Source: Mycobacterium sp. (GTDB lineage Bacteria; Actinomycetota; Actinomycetes; Mycobacteriales; Mycobacteriaceae). Taken from it: 64,000 nucleotides of DNA. Location of the stretch: assembly GCA_036263935.1 (NCBI GenBank), contig DATARY010000104.1:14961-78960 (forward strand), given 5' to 3'. Below, piece after piece: positions 30,068 to 41,193 of this stretch. How positions within the stretch are numbered: the stretch's first letter is position 1; each line of letters opens with the position of its first letter. The notes beneath the pieces were generated by a model, which was given only the letters and a program-made list of their open reading frames with translations, did not search any database and was not told where the DNA came from. The translations under genes were made by a program, and so were the position numbers.

Positions 30068-30124
30068 TTGACCACTCGAAGGCGTCGGGCAGGCCGCCGC
30101 CCTTGGAGTGAAAGAGGCACCAGC

Positions 30125-30676
30125 ATGACTGCAACGACCAGAACCGCCCAGCTGAGCGCGGGTGTATGGGCCATCGACCCGGTTCACTCGTCGATCGGCT
30201 TTTCGGTACGCCATCTGATGGTGAGCAAGATCCGCGGCGTGTTCGAGAAATTCAGCGGCGCGATCACGGTCGCCGAAGACGGCACCCCCTCAGTGACGGC
30301 CGAGATCGCCGTCGACTCGATCAACACCAGCAACGAACAGCGCGATGCCCACATCAAGTCGGCCGACTTCTTCGATGCCGAGAAGTACCCCGTCGCTGCC
30401 TTCCGGTCGACGGCCGTTCGAGCAGACGGCGACCACAACATCCTCGATGGCGAGTTCACCCTCAAGGGTGTTACCAAGCCGATCAGCCTGCGCCTCGAGT
30501 TCAATGGGGTTAACCCGGGCATGGGCCGCGGCGAGGTCGCCGGCTTCGAAGCCTCGGTTGTGCTGAACCGCAAGGACTTCGGCATCGACATCGACATGCC
30601 TTTGGAGACCGGTGGCACGGTCGTCGGCGACAAGGTGACGATCACCGTCGAGATCGAGGCGCTAAAGCAGGCGTAA
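30125..30676 (+). CDS. YceI family lipid/isoprenoid-binding protein
   Basis: WAIDPVHSSIGFSVRHLMVS, RDAHIKSADFFD, LTLKGVTK-like motif, RKDFG. Confidence 0.93.
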   Translation: MTATTRTAQLSAGVWAIDPVHSSIGFSVRHLMVSKIRGVFEKFSGAITVAEDGTPSVTAEIAVDSINTSNEQRDAHIKSADFFDAEKYPVAAFRSTAVRADGDHNILDGEFTLKGVTKPISLRLEFNGVNPGMGRGEVAGFEASVVLNRKDFGIDIDMPLETGGTVVGDKVTITVEIEALKQA

Positions 30677-30681
30677 GGCAA

Positions 30682-30740
30682 GAACCGTAACGTCGGGGCG
30701 GAAAATCCAGCCAGCGAATCCCGCCCTGGCGTTACGGTTC
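30682..30740. terminator. Long hairpin between convergent genes
   Basis: GAACCGTAACGTCGGGGCGG ... CCGCCCTGGCGTTACGGTTC, 20-bp stem with G-U pairs. Confidence 0.7.
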
Positions 30741-31200
30741 ACTGCTGTCGGCCCCAGACCGCCTCCGCACCCGCGTCGCCGATCCGCACTACGCCGACGA
30801 TGGACGAGACACCCACCGCCAGCGCGAGGACTGCGACGAACACGGTGACGGCGGCTCTGGGTTTGTCCGATCTGCTGGTAAGCCAATGCAAGACCACCAG
30901 TGCGAGCGCCACCACCAGCAGGCCGATCGAGACGTAGATCATCCACTCCCCGCGCTCGCGGTGGGTCTGCAGGATGGCGCTGGGCTGGGACTGCTGGTCG
31001 TACAGCCATTGGCCCGCCGACGTGGTGAGCGGCGTCAACGCCAGGTTCACCGCCGCGAATGCGAGCACCAGCCACACCAACCGTCGGCGCGCGGGGGGCC
31101 AAATGGCGCACAGGATCTCGAGCAGCGCAGTCAACGGCGCTAGCACGACGATCGCGTGAACAAGCAGGGCGTGCGCGGGAATTCCGGTGATCGTGGTCAT
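30739..31200 (-). CDS. DUF2231-like membrane protein
   Basis: GIPAHALLVH, TSAG, H-ERG, IGDAGAEAVW; 4 TMs. Confidence 0.8.
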   Translation of the reverse strand: MTTITGIPAHALLVHAIVVLAPLTALLEILCAIWPPARRRLVWLVLAFAAVNLALTPLTTSAGQWLYDQQSQPSAILQTHRERGEWMIYVSIGLLVVALALVVLHWLTSRSDKPRAAVTVFVAVLALAVGVSSIVGVVRIGDAGAEAVWGRQQ

Positions 31201-31394
31201 GGCTCTCCTCAGCGTCGGTGGATGAACGGCGTCCCATATTTGTGCCGAGCGTGGCAGCTAGTTCACGATTGTGCTCGTCGGCGGAATGTTCAGATTGCCC
31301 CTCTGTGAGCGACACCAGTGTTTACCCAGGTCACGACGCCAGCGAGAGCGCAGGGACTAACAACCCAGGTCCATGAGATGTCGCTCAGGCCCGA

Positions 31395-33959
31395 TCAGGC
31401 GGCGAGTGGCGCGTATGTCGTCGAGCGCTGGCGAGCCGGCCTGCCGATGCCCGCAGCGATCTCGACGAGCTCTTCGACACTCTTCGCCGAGCCGAACTCC
31501 GAGCCGGCCATCCGCGAGATCGTCTCCTCCATCAGCGTCCCGCCGAGGTCGTTGGCACCGCCGTTGAGCATCACCTGCGTGCGCTCGACACCGAGCTTCA
31601 CCCAACTGGTTTGGATGTTGGAGATCCTGCCGTGCAACATGATTCGCGCCAGCGCGTGGACCGCACGGTTGTCGCGGTGCGTCGGGCCCGGCCTTGCGCC
31701 TCCGGCCAGGTACAAGGGCGAGCTCTGGTGGACGAACGGCAGCGGCACGAACTCGGTGAACCCGCCGGTCCGGTCCTGGATGTCGCGCAAAACGCCCATA
31801 TGCCCCACCCAGTGGTGAGGCTGGTCAACGTGGCCGTACATCATCGTCGAACTCGACCGCAGCCCGACCTCGTGCGCGGTGGTGACCACGTCGATCCACA
31901 TCGAGGTGGGCAGCTTGCCCTTCGTCAGCACCCAGCGCACCTCGTCGTCGAGAATCTCGGCGGCGGTCCCGGGAATGGTGTCCAACCCGGCCTCACGAAG
32001 GCTGGTCAGCCATTCGCGAATGCTCAAGCCGCTCTTGGTAACTCCGTTGGCGACCTCCATCGGCGAAAATGCATGCACATGCATCGACGGCACCCGCGCC
32101 TTGACAGCACGCACCAGATCGGCATAGCCGGTAACCGGCAGCTCCGGATCGATGCCACCCTGCATGCACACCTCGGTAGCGCCCGCGACGTGCGCCTCCC
32201 AGGCGCGGTCGGCGACCTCGTCTACCGACAGCGAGTACGCGTCGGCGTCGCCCTTGCGCTGGGCGAACGCGCAGAACCGGCAGCCCGTGTAGCAGATGTT
32301 CGTGAAGTTGATGTTGCGGTTGACCACGAAGGTGACGTCGTCACCGACGGTGTCGCGGCGCAACGAATCAGCAAGAGCTGCAACGGCATCCAGCGCCGGA
32401 CCGTCAGCGGTCGCCAACGCAAGATACTCGCCGTCCGTGCACCCGCCAGGATCGCGCTCGGCCGAACGCAGCGCGGCCAGCACGTCGGTATCGATACGCT
32501 CGGGCGCGCGGGCGGCGAGCTCGTTGACCTTCTCTCGGATCGACTCCCAGTCGCCGAATGCACTGCCCAGGTCGCTGCGGGTCTCGGCGCGCCGGCCTTC
32601 GCTGTCGATGGCCGAGTTCAGGTCGGTGCGACCGAGGGACTCCCACGCCTCGTCGGGCTCCTGCCACGGCCGCCCGACCGGATTCACATCGCGCGCAAAT
32701 CCGGTATCGGGGTCGGCCAAGGCGTCGACATGGCCGCGCACCCGCGGGTCGATCCACGCCGCACCCGCCTGGACGTACTGCGGCTGGGCCGTCAGTCGCT
32801 GCACAAGGTCATACCCGGCCTCGGCGGTGACGTCGGACAGCTCGTCCAACGCTGGCCACGGCCGCTCCGGGTTGACGTGGTCGGGCGTCAGCGGCGACAC
32901 CCCGCCCCAGTCGTCGACGCCCGCGGCGATCAGCGCCAGGCACTCCTGCCGCGACACCAGGTTCGGCGGCGCCTGGATCCGCATCTTGGGTCCCATCACC
33001 AGCCGGGTGACCGCGATCGTCGCCAGGAAATCCTCGATGCCGGCATCGGGAACGGCGGCCATCGCGGTGTGGTCCTTGGCACGGAAGTTCTGCACGATCA
33101 CTTCCTGAACATGCCCGAACTCCTTGTGCGACCGGCGGATCGCATGAATGGTCTCGGCGCGCTCGGTCAGCGTCTCGCCGATGCCGACCAGTAGACCGGT
33201 GGTGAATGGGATCGACAACCGGCCGGCGTCGGCCAGCGTGCGCAGCCGCACGTCGGGATCCTTGTCGGGGCTGCCGTAGTGCGCGAGGCCCTTGGTCTCG
33301 AACAGCCGCCGAGAGGTAGTCTCCAACATCATGCCCATCGACGGGGCCACCGGCTTCAGCCGCGACAGCTCCGACCAGCTCATCACCCCTGGGTTCAGAT
33401 GCGGTAGCAGGCCCGTCTCCTCGAGCACCCGGATCGCCATCGCGCGGACATAGTCCAGCGTGGAGTCGTAGCCGCGCTCGTCGAGCCACTGCCGGGCTTC
33501 GTCCCATCGCGTTTCGGGCCGGTCGCCGAGCGTGAACAACGCTTCCTTGCAACCCAATTCGGCGCCCCGACGCGCGACGTCGAGGATTTCGTCGGGTTCC
33601 ATGTACATGCCGAGGCCCTCGGCGCGCAGCCTGCCAGGGACGGTCACGAATGTGCAGTAGTGGCAGCTGTCGCGGCACAGGTGGGTGACGGGAATGAACA
33701 CCTTGCGCGAGTAGCTAACCGGCAGCCGTCCGTTCGGTCCGCGCCGCCCCGCCGATTCCAGGCCCGCATCGCGCACCCGCCCGGCACTGGCGCAAAGATC
33801 CGCAAGGTCCTCGCCGCGGGCTGTCATCGCGATCGCGGCTTCGTCGACGTTTAGCGCCACCCCGTCGCGGGCCCGTCGCAACACCCGCCGTAACGCGGCA
33901 GGGTCAGACACAACCACCGGGCTGGGTAGATCGGCGCCGCGCTGGGAGTTCAGAGCCAC
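31395..33959 (-). CDS. fbiC: FO synthase (bifunctional radical SAM)
   Basis: Two CxxxCxxC motifs ([16 protein letters not shown]), [12 protein letters not shown]. Confidence 0.96.
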   Translation of the reverse strand: MALNSQRGADLPSPVVVSDPAALRRVLRRARDGVALNVDEAAIAMTARGEDLADLCASAGRVRDAGLESAGRRGPNGRLPVSYSRKVFIPVTHLCRDSCHYCTFVTVPGRLRAEGLGMYMEPDEILDVARRGAELGCKEALFTLGDRPETRWDEARQWLDERGYDSTLDYVRAMAIRVLEETGLLPHLNPGVMSWSELSRLKPVAPSMGMMLETTSRRLFETKGLAHYGSPDKDPDVRLRTLADAGRLSIPFTTGLLVGIGETLTERAETIHAIRRSHKEFGHVQEVIVQNFRAKDHTAMAAVPDAGIEDFLATIAVTRLVMGPKMRIQAPPNLVSRQECLALIAAGVDDWGGVSPLTPDHVNPERPWPALDELSDVTAEAGYDLVQRLTAQPQYVQAGAAWIDPRVRGHVDALADPDTGFARDVNPVGRPWQEPDEAWESLGRTDLNSAIDSEGRRAETRSDLGSAFGDWESIREKVNELAARAPERIDTDVLAALRSAERDPGGCTDGEYLALATADGPALDAVAALADSLRRDTVGDDVTFVVNRNINFTNICYTGCRFCAFAQRKGDADAYSLSVDEVADRAWEAHVAGATEVCMQGGIDPELPVTGYADLVRAVKARVPSMHVHAFSPMEVANGVTKSGLSIREWLTSLREAGLDTIPGTAAEILDDEVRWVLTKGKLPTSMWIDVVTTAHEVGLRSSSTMMYGHVDQPHHWVGHMGVLRDIQDRTGGFTEFVPLPFVHQSSPLYLAGGARPGPTHRDNRAVHALARIMLHGRISNIQTSWVKLGVERTQVMLNGGANDLGGTLMEETISRMAGSEFGSAKSVEELVEIAAGIGRPARQRSTTYAPLAA

Positions 33960-34080
33960 TCCCGTGTAACCCCAGCGTCGTCGAGAATCATCCGCGCGTC
34001 TCACAATCTGAAACCACTGCGCCTGGCATATCGGCCACAGTAGTCCCAGCCGCCGGGCCCGGTGTGGGCCCCGTCAAGAC

Positions 34081-34512
34081 TCAGCTTCCGGCTCGAATAT
34101 GGCGCCACAAGACCCAGGCGGGGGGCAGCGCACCCAAAACAATCAGGATCAGCACCGCATACCCCATGACACCGACGCCGCCGAACACGATATCGTCACC
34201 CGGCCCGCCGAACGACAGCCCCGCCACGGTCAGCAGCCAGGTCCACAGCGGCAGCGCCGCAAACCGCGGCGAGGATGTCCATTGCAGCGCGGCCCATACC
34301 AGCGCCGCGTTCACAAGGCCGCTCACCAGCGCACTGATCGGGAACGGTACCGGTCCGATGTAGAGGGGAAGAAATAAAGACGCCGCCACCGCTGAGAGCA
34401 CACCGTCGATCGCGAGCAGCGTGAGGACGACGGGACGCAGCAGTGTCGGATGGGCGATGCCGGTCAGGTCGGGATGCTGTCGAGCAGCGAGACCATCGAA
34501 CCGATCACCCAC
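34081..34512 (-). CDS. Membrane protein (Rv1171-like)
   Basis: TMs, PLYIGPVPFPISAL, FGGPGDD; between mshB and fbiC; start uncertain. Confidence 0.8.
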   Translation of the reverse strand: MGDRFDGLAARQHPDLTGIAHPTLLRPVVLTLLAIDGVLSAVAASLFLPLYIGPVPFPISALVSGLVNAALVWAALQWTSSPRFAALPLWTWLLTVAGLSFGGPGDDIVFGGVGVMGYAVLILIVLGALPPAWVLWRHIRAGS

Positions 34513-34570
34513 TGAAGGTTGTCGAACCGGTCCTGCCAATGCTGCAAGTTGGGTCCATGTCCGGGTCCAT
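34464..34570 (-). pseudogene. Small ORF MDPDMD(P)NLQHWQDRFDNLQWVIGSMVSLLDSIPT with 1-nt frameshift
   Basis: GGAAGGGA RBS, ATG 34570; 107 nt to TGA; adding one C at GACCCAAC restores a 35-aa frame. Confidence 0.6.
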
Positions 34571-34625
34571 CGCCGTCCCTTCCGCCCTCGCCGATTGAGC
34601 GGAAGCTTACCGCGTCGGAATTGGG

Positions 34626-35501
34626 CTATCCGAGGTCCAGGCCCGCAAGGAGGTCGGTTTCCCATCCTCGGGCATCGCGTTCGCCCGGCATTCCATCGAC
34701 CAGGATGTAGTGCTCGATCGCTCCGATCGGCAGCGCGATGTTGTTCGACAGCGCTAACGACCGCCCGTTCGGGGCGACCGTGACCTGTGTCGCGTGCGCC
34801 CGAAGCGCCGCCACCTTGGCGGGCAACCGTGCGGGGACATCGATCACCGCGGTGATGTCCTCGTCGGGGTAGCCGAACGGCATGTCGGCGGCCGACACCC
34901 GCACCCACTCGGATGGCACATCCTCGAGCGCGTCCATGCCCATGGCCATCGCCGACTTCGACATCACCGTCCAGTAGAACTTCGGCACGTTCCAGGGTTC
35001 GCCGGGATAGTCGCTCCCCCCCGACGCCGCCATGGCGGCCGTTGTCACCACATTGGCGTGCACATGGTCGGGGTGCCCGTAGCCACCGTTGGTGTCATAG
35101 GTGACGACGATGTGGGGGCGCAGGTCGCGAATGATCTCCACCAGCGCACCCACGGCTTCGCGAGGGTCGGCGTCGATGAACCGCTGCCGGTGCCGCGGCG
35201 GCGTCCCTTCCATCCCAGAATCGCGCCAGCGGCCGGCGCCGCCGAGAAAGATCGGCTCGCCGATACCCAAAGCCGCGAGCGCCGCGCGCAGCTCGGCGAT
35301 GCGGTACCCGCCCAGCTGGTCGGCTGCGTCGACGGCGAGCTGCCGCCACTGATCGCCGATCACCTCACCCTCCTCGCCGAGGGTGCAGGTGACGACGAGC
35401 ACCTGCGCGCCACGCGCAGCGTAGTGGGCGATGGTTGCGCCCGTGGTCAGGGTCTCGTCGTCCGGATGTGCGTGGACGAGCAGCAGCCGCGGCGTCTCCA
35501 T
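34626..35501 (-). CDS. mshB: GlcNAc-Ins deacetylase (mycothiol biosynthesis)
   Basis: [32 protein letters not shown]. Confidence 0.96.
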   Translation of the reverse strand: METPRLLLVHAHPDDETLTTGATIAHYAARGAQVLVVTCTLGEEGEVIGDQWRQLAVDAADQLGGYRIAELRAALAALGIGEPIFLGGAGRWRDSGMEGTPPRHRQRFIDADPREAVGALVEIIRDLRPHIVVTYDTNGGYGHPDHVHANVVTTAAMAASGGSDYPGEPWNVPKFYWTVMSKSAMAMGMDALEDVPSEWVRVSAADMPFGYPDEDITAVIDVPARLPAKVAALRAHATQVTVAPNGRSLALSNNIALPIGAIEHYILVDGMPGERDARGWETDLLAGLDLG

Positions 35502-35636
35502 TCGCACCAGCTTGCCGCACCACGTTTAGAAGACCTGAATTGGTGGCACAGCTGCATCCGTGCGCACCAACTCGGCGCAGATCACTCCGGTCCAGACTTT
35601 GCGAATTCCGGAGTACCACTCAGAGGAAAAACCGTT

Positions 35637-36359
35637 ATGAAGATATCCGCTCGCTCCTACCTGATCGCCGGAGTAACCGCCGCGAGCACCGGCCTTATCA
35701 CGTTGACACCGATCGTCCTGCCGGTGACGCCCTATGGCACGTGGATCGCGGGCGCCCAACCCGCTGACAACAATTCCTCAAACGGGACAGATCGGCCCGG
35801 CACCGGCGCCCGATCGACGTCTCCCCACGCGGGGGCATCCGACAAGCCAACCGATGTTGACAACTCAAGCGCGTCGGCCGTCGCTGGCCAAGCCAATCGC
35901 GGCTCACCTTCACCGATCAGCGTCGTGTCTGGAAACGGGCAGGCGTCAACCGGCAGTACGGGGGTAGTCGGCCGGCTATCGTCGCATGTCACCACCGGCG
36001 CCTACGGTGGCACCCGACCGCTTCGGGTGACCAACGACGTCCAATCGTTCGGCGCTTCGCGCAACCGAGTGACTGTGGCCGCCAACGGCTTCATCCTCCC
36101 GCACGCGCAGGTTGCGACGACGCGCTCGCTGACAAGGGTTTCCGCGACCACGGCGTCGGCCGCTGACTCGGCCCCCACACCGTCGCCTGGTCAGACCATT
36201 AACGCCGCGGTGCAGCGTGCGATGGCCGGTCAGGCGTCGGCCACCGTCCACGCCAGTGGCAGTGCCGGTGCGACGGTCAGCACCGGGCAGGCGCCGACTG
36301 GGATCCCCGCGGCACAGCCGGCACGGTCCTCTTCGCCATACGCCGGCAAGCACCACTAA
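35637..36359 (+). CDS. Secreted/surface Ser-Thr-Ala-rich hypothetical protein
   Basis: AGAGGA RBS; MKISARSYLIAGV...LTPI export-type N-terminus; low complexity; ends YAGKHH. Confidence 0.65.
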   Translation: MKISARSYLIAGVTAASTGLITLTPIVLPVTPYGTWIAGAQPADNNSSNGTDRPGTGARSTSPHAGASDKPTDVDNSSASAVAGQANRGSPSPISVVSGNGQASTGSTGVVGRLSSHVTTGAYGGTRPLRVTNDVQSFGASRNRVTVAANGFILPHAQVATTRSLTRVSATTASAADSAPTPSPGQTINAAVQRAMAGQASATVHASGSAGATVSTGQAPTGIPAAQPARSSSPYAGKHH

Positions 36360-36404
36360 GCAGTCCGTTACCGAACAGCCGTGGAATTGGCATAGATTCA
36401 CCTC

Positions 36405-37646
36405 GTGACGCGCCGCACCATCGAGTTCGGATGCGCGATCGTCATTGTCGGACTGTTGGCCGGCGTCGCAGGCGCCACAACGACTCTGTTACTGCGGAGC
36501 ATCGAACACCTCACCTACCACTACACATTCGGCACGCTGCTGACCGGCGTCGGCGAGAGCAGCCCCGTCCGGCGCGCGCTCGGTCCGATGATCGGTGGCG
36601 CGCTAGCCGGCCTTGGCTGGTGGATCCTTCGGCGGCGCAGTGCTGTTCCGGGATTGGCGGAGACGATCGCCGGCCACCGGCCCGTTGCGCGGTTGCCGCT
36701 GTCGATCGACGCCGGCCTGCAAGTGCTGCTCGTCGGGTCGGGTGCATCCCTTGGCCGCGAAGGCGCGCCACGCCAATTCGCCGCCGCGCTAGGCGATTTC
36801 GCGACGACGCGGCTGTCGCTGACGGCACGCGACCGCGAAATCCTGCTGGCGTGCGCGGCCGGGGCCGGCCTCGGCGCGGTGTACAGCGTTCCGCTCGGCG
36901 GCGCGCTGTTCTCGACGCGGATCATGCTCGGCACGTGGCATCCGCGCGCGGTGGGCACTGCGTTGATCACCTCCAGCCTCGCGGTCGCGGTGGCCTCGCC
37001 CGTCACACATCTTCAGCACGCGCTGACGTGGCCCGAAGCGAAGTTGTCCCACTTGTTCGCGTTCCTGGCATTGGCGTTCGCGCCGCTGGCGGCGGCGGTG
37101 GGTCTTCTATTCAACCGGGTGATGGCCGCCGCTCGACCGAAGGTGCAATTCAAGTCGTGGGTGCTGATCCCGGCGATCGCCGCGGCCGGTCTGCTGACCG
37201 GGGTCTGCTCGATCTGGTACCCCGAGCTGCCGGGCAACGGCAGAAGTGTGCTGACGGTCAGCGTGGACAGCAGCCTCACCCTCGGCGCCGCGGCGATCGT
37301 CTTTCTGCTGAAGCCACTTCTCACCGCACTATTCCTGCGGACGGGAGCCGTCGGCGGCCTGCTGACACCCGCGTTGGCGACCGGCGCGGCCGCGGGGTCG
37401 GTCGCGACACTTGCCCTCAACCAATGGGCGGGGACCGACATACACGTGTCGGCGATGGCGTTGACGTGTGCCGCTGGCGTGTTGGCGGTCACCATGCGTG
37501 CGCCGGCATTCGCGGCGCTGTTCGTGTGGGAGCTCGCCGAGCCGCCGTACTGGTTTCTGATCGTGTTTGCGGTCGCCGCATACGCGGCGCACGGCCTACG
37601 CTTGCTGCGCGAACAGCAGCAACGTTCACAGGAGACTGCGGGATAA
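36405..37646 (+). CDS. CLC chloride channel family protein
   Basis: GASLGREGAP, AGAGLGAVYSVPLGG, GNG, GGLLTP; many TMs. Confidence 0.9.
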   Translation: MTRRTIEFGCAIVIVGLLAGVAGATTTLLLRSIEHLTYHYTFGTLLTGVGESSPVRRALGPMIGGALAGLGWWILRRRSAVPGLAETIAGHRPVARLPLSIDAGLQVLLVGSGASLGREGAPRQFAAALGDFATTRLSLTARDREILLACAAGAGLGAVYSVPLGGALFSTRIMLGTWHPRAVGTALITSSLAVAVASPVTHLQHALTWPEAKLSHLFAFLALAFAPLAAAVGLLFNRVMAAARPKVQFKSWVLIPAIAAAGLLTGVCSIWYPELPGNGRSVLTVSVDSSLTLGAAAIVFLLKPLLTALFLRTGAVGGLLTPALATGAAAGSVATLALNQWAGTDIHVSAMALTCAAGVLAVTMRAPAFAALFVWELAEPPYWFLIVFAVAAYAAHGLRLLREQQQRSQETAG

Positions 37647-37658
37647 TTCGGCTCCAAC

Positions 37659-39257
37659 ATGACAGTATCGACCCAACCGTCCCGGGCAGCGGACGCTCCA
37701 CCCCGCGGGCGACCTGCCCGGCACCGCATGAGCAGACCGCCCAAAAGCGGCAGACCGCACAAAAGCGGACGGGTGCTGGGTGCAGTCGCGGCCGTCGTGG
37801 TCCTGGTCCTCACCGGGATGGGCTGGGCCGGCTATCGCAACCTGGCGGGCGGCATCACCACCTCGCAGGCGCTCGCAGGTGATCAGGGATCGGTGGGTGG
37901 CGAGCAGAACATCCTGATCATGGGTTTGGACAGCCGGCTCGACCAGCACGGCAATCCGCTGCCACAGGACATCTACGACGCGATGCATGCGGGCGACGAA
38001 TCCGTGGGCGGCTACAACGCCAACGTATTGATTGTGTTGCATTTGCCCGGCGGCAACGGTCCGGTCAGCGCGGTCTCGGTGCCCCGCGACGACTACGTCG
38101 ATATCCCCGGATGTCCCAGTGGGGTGTGCAAGGGCAAGATCAAACAGGCATACGGGCTGGCCTACCAGCAAACGATGAACTCGGTGCAGAACGACTCAGA
38201 GGATCTGTCCGCGCGTGAGCAGACCGCGCGCGAGGCCGGCCGCAAGTCCGAGATCGACACCGTGCGACGCCTGTTGGGCGTGCCGGTTGACCATTTCATC
38301 GAGGTCACCCTCGGCGCGTTCTTTCAGATCGCGGGTGTACTGCAGCCCATTACCGTCTGCCTCAACGACAACACCTCGGACAGCTTTTCCGGAGCGGACT
38401 TTCACCGTGGCGTTCAGCAGATCAACGCCGCGCAGGCAATGGCGTTCGTGCGGCAACGGCGCGATGAGAACGACCAGTTGTTCACCGACATGGACCGCAC
38501 GCGACGCCAGCAGGCGTTCATCGTCTCCCTCGTGAGTGCACTGCGCCACGGCGGCGCGCTGTCCAGCCCGACTGCGCTGCGTAACCTGCTGCGCGTCGCC
38601 CAACAAAACATCGCCGTCGACGAGGGGTTCGACCTCGCCGGTTTCGTCGACCACTCCTCGGCGCTCAGCGACACCTCGCTGTCGCTGTACACGTTGCCGA
38701 TCAGCGAGTTCGGCCAGGATCCCGCCGGGGAAGACGTCAACCTGGTTGACGTCCACAGCATCCGGGCCATCGTGCACAACATCTTCACCAACGGCTCGCC
38801 CGCGCCGTCCTCGGTGTCGAGCACGACAACAACACAAACTCATTCTGCGACAACGGTACTCGATGTAGTCAACGCCACAACCCACGACGGCCTTGGCACC
38901 GCCGTGCAGCAGTCCTTCAGCACTGACGGGCTGACCGCGGGCCGGGTCATCACCGCCGAGAGTCTGGCCAAGAACAGCACGATCACCTACGGGCCCGGCG
39001 CGGGCGACGCCGCCAAGACGCTGGCCGATCAACTGCACCTGACCGCCGTCGCCTCCAATGCCGTCGCACCCAAAACGGTGAGATTGACCATCGGCGCCGA
39101 CTTCCCCGCCCGCAACTACCCGACCGACACCGTCTCGACGGCCACTACTACCCCGGTTCCTGTCACCGCAGTCGACGCGACCGCCGCCGGTACACAGGCC
39201 CCCGCGCCCACCGACCTCACCGAGATGGGCGCGGCCAAGACGCCATGCGTGAAGTAG
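37659..39257 (+). CDS. LCP (LytR-CpsA-Psr) family protein with LytR_C domain
   Basis: TM anchor, NILIMGLDSR, SVPRD, KIKQAY, FVRQR, DMDRTRRQQ; VVNAT C-domain. Confidence 0.92.
   Translation: MTVSTQPSRAADAPPRGRPARHRMSRPPKSGRPHKSGRVLGAVAAVVVLVLTGMGWAGYRNLAGGITTSQALAGDQGSVGGEQNILIMGLDSRLDQHGNPLPQDIYDAMHAGDESVGGYNANVLIVLHLPGGNGPVSAVSVPRDDYVDIPGCPSGVCKGKIKQAYGLAYQQTMNSVQNDSEDLSAREQTAREAGRKSEIDTVRRLLGVPVDHFIEVTLGAFFQIAGVLQPITVCLNDNTSDSFSGADFHRGVQQINAAQAMAFVRQRRDENDQLFTDMDRTRRQQAFIVSLVSALRHGGALSSPTALRNLLRVAQQNIAVDEGFDLAGFVDHSSALSDTSLSLYTLPISEFGQDPAGEDVNLVDVHSIRAIVHNIFTNGSPAPSSVSSTTTTQTHSATTVLDVVNATTHDGLGTAVQQSFSTDGLTAGRVITAESLAKNSTITYGPGAGDAAKTLADQLHLTAVASNAVAPKTVRLTIGADFPARNYPTDTVSTATTTPVPVTAVDATAAGTQAPAPTDLTEMGAAKTPCVK
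37732..37767 (+). repeat. 18-bp tandem duplication in LCP N-terminal tail
   Basis: GCAGACCGCCCAAAAGCG / GCAGACCGCACAAAAGCG (RPPKSG RPHKSG). Confidence 0.85.
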
Positions 39258-39270
39258 CGCGGCGCGACGA

Positions 39271-41148
39271 CTACTGCGGCGGCTTCACCCACTTGCCGGC
39301 ATCGCCGACGATGCCTATCGGCACGGCGCCGGACAGGCTCACATTCTGCACGCTGGGACCGGCCGCGACGATCGTGGTGTCCTGCAGGATCGGCAGCACA
39401 GTCGACATGTTCCACAGCCGGGGTTCGACGGCGTCGATGACCTCGCCGATCTTCTCGGTGCCGGCGAGCGCGGCGTCGATCTTCGGCTGAATGCTGCGGT
39501 CGCAGATGCCGGTGATATTGCTGGGCGCCTGGACGAGCTGGCTCGATTCCGGCGCGGTACCCGGCGTCGTCTGTGTCGGGATGGTAGTGGGCCGCGGCGC
39601 GGTGCTTGTGGTCGTCGGCGATGGCGAGGTGGAGGATGGCGACGACGTCGGCGACCCCGGCGTTGCGGTGGAAACCGCCGTCGCCTCGAGCGCGCGACAA
39701 CCGAAGCGAGAGGCGAGCGCGGTCGCCAGATCGCCGCCGGCCTGATGCCAGCCGACCACGGCGTCGACGCGGTTGTTGATCAGCGCCTCGCCGGAGAGCA
39801 CCACCGGATCCAGCGCCGACACCGATGCCGCGATACCAACATTGCGCAACTGGTCGGCGGCCGTGTTGGCGACCGCGACCGAAGTCGGATCGTTGGCCGC
39901 CACACCCAACACCAAGGACAGCGGCACACCGTCTTTGGTGATCCGGCCGCGATTGTTCTCCGGGGCCGGGTTGCCCGGCGTCGCCGGTGGTGGTGTCTCC
40001 ACGGGCTGGACCTGATAACCGGCGTTGGCCAACAGCCCGAGCGCCGCCTCCTTTGTCATCGCGGGCGGGGCGGTGGGCACGTAGCCAGGATCGGACGGCG
40101 ACCGCACCTGGGCCTGAGCGAGCGTGACGGTGTTGTCGGTGCCGGCTCCCACCGAGGCGAGCAAGTCGACATCGAGCAGTCCCAGAATCGCTTTGCGCAC
40201 TTGGGAATCCGACAACGCGGGCTGCTGTGCCCGCAGCGTCAGCTGCATGACGCGTGGGGTGACGATCCGCGCGGTGCGCACGTCGGGGATCGCGGACAAC
40301 TGCGCAAATGCGGCCGCGCCGCCGTGCACCTGAGCGACCTGGGTGTCGCCGTTGCGGATGGAGTCGGCCAGTGCGGCAGGCGCGCCGCCGCGGCGGAACA
40401 GCACCTGATCGGGTTTGGCCGGTGCGCTCCAGTACCGGTCGTTGCGGGCCAGCAGGATCTCGTCGCGCTGCGGGTCGATGCTCTCCACACGGAACTGCCC
40501 GCCGGTGACCGGCAACGCGCGCGCCAGCCCGGCCCCGAACCCGCCCGGGACGTCCTTGACGATGTGCGCGGGCAGGATGTTGTTGAACAGCTCGCGCCAC
40601 GCGGGGTATGCCTGCGAGAACGTCACCACCGCCGTCTTACCGCCCTCGACCGACTGCACGCCGGTGATCAGGTCGTAGCCGGCGGGATCGACGACTCCTG
40701 GCTGGCCGACCATCTGCCGCCAGAGATACCAATAGTCGTCGGCCGCAATCGGAGCGTTGTCCGTCCACGACGCCTCGGGACGGATCTTGTAGGTGACGGT
40801 GAACGGGTCCTGGCTCGTGATCTCGGCCGATTCGAGCAGCGTGGTGTCGAGGTCCCATCGCGATCCCGTCGGCGACGCGGGATCCGCGACCGGCCGAAAC
40901 GAGCTGGGCAGCACCAGCGCGCTGATCGCCGCGTTCACCGGCGACTGGTCGGATAGCAAGTGTGAGTTGAACCCGGGCCCGATCGAGTCGATGGCCATGA
41001 TTACCTGCGTTGCCTTCGGCGGCGGCGGTGGCGCGCTTGCCGAAGTGTCGGTGCTCTGGGGGGCCGGCGGGGGGCTGACAGTGCAGCCGGAGACGAGCAG
41101 GATCAACGCGCCGAGTGTGGCGCCGACATGCTTAGCGCTCCTCGGCAT
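39271..41148 (-). CDS. lpqW: Lipoprotein LpqW (SBP family 5 fold)
   Basis: Lipobox VSGC; [17 protein letters not shown]; downstream of typA. Confidence 0.93.
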   Translation of the reverse strand: MPRSAKHVGATLGALILLVSGCTVSPPPAPQSTDTSASAPPPPPKATQVIMAIDSIGPGFNSHLLSDQSPVNAAISALVLPSSFRPVADPASPTGSRWDLDTTLLESAEITSQDPFTVTYKIRPEASWTDNAPIAADDYWYLWRQMVGQPGVVDPAGYDLITGVQSVEGGKTAVVTFSQAYPAWRELFNNILPAHIVKDVPGGFGAGLARALPVTGGQFRVESIDPQRDEILLARNDRYWSAPAKPDQVLFRRGGAPAALADSIRNGDTQVAQVHGGAAAFAQLSAIPDVRTARIVTPRVMQLTLRAQQPALSDSQVRKAILGLLDVDLLASVGAGTDNTVTLAQAQVRSPSDPGYVPTAPPAMTKEAALGLLANAGYQVQPVETPPPATPGNPAPENNRGRITKDGVPLSLVLGVAANDPTSVAVANTAADQLRNVGIAASVSALDPVVLSGEALINNRVDAVVGWHQAGGDLATALASRFGCRALEATAVSTATPGSPTSSPSSTSPSPTTTSTAPRPTTIPTQTTPGTAPESSQLVQAPSNITGICDRSIQPKIDAALAGTEKIGEVIDAVEPRLWNMSTVLPILQDTTIVAAGPSVQNVSLSGAVPIGIVGDAGKWVKPPQ

Positions 41149-41193
41149 GCCGTTCAGGGTATCGGCCCCTGTTACCGGTGCCCGATGAGCAAC

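Noticed and set aside
36405-37646. Fluoride-specific CLC-F exporter with fluoride riboswitch
   Set aside because: Lacks the GNNLI/GREGT/GEVTP signatures and no riboswitch motif is seen in the 45-nt gap
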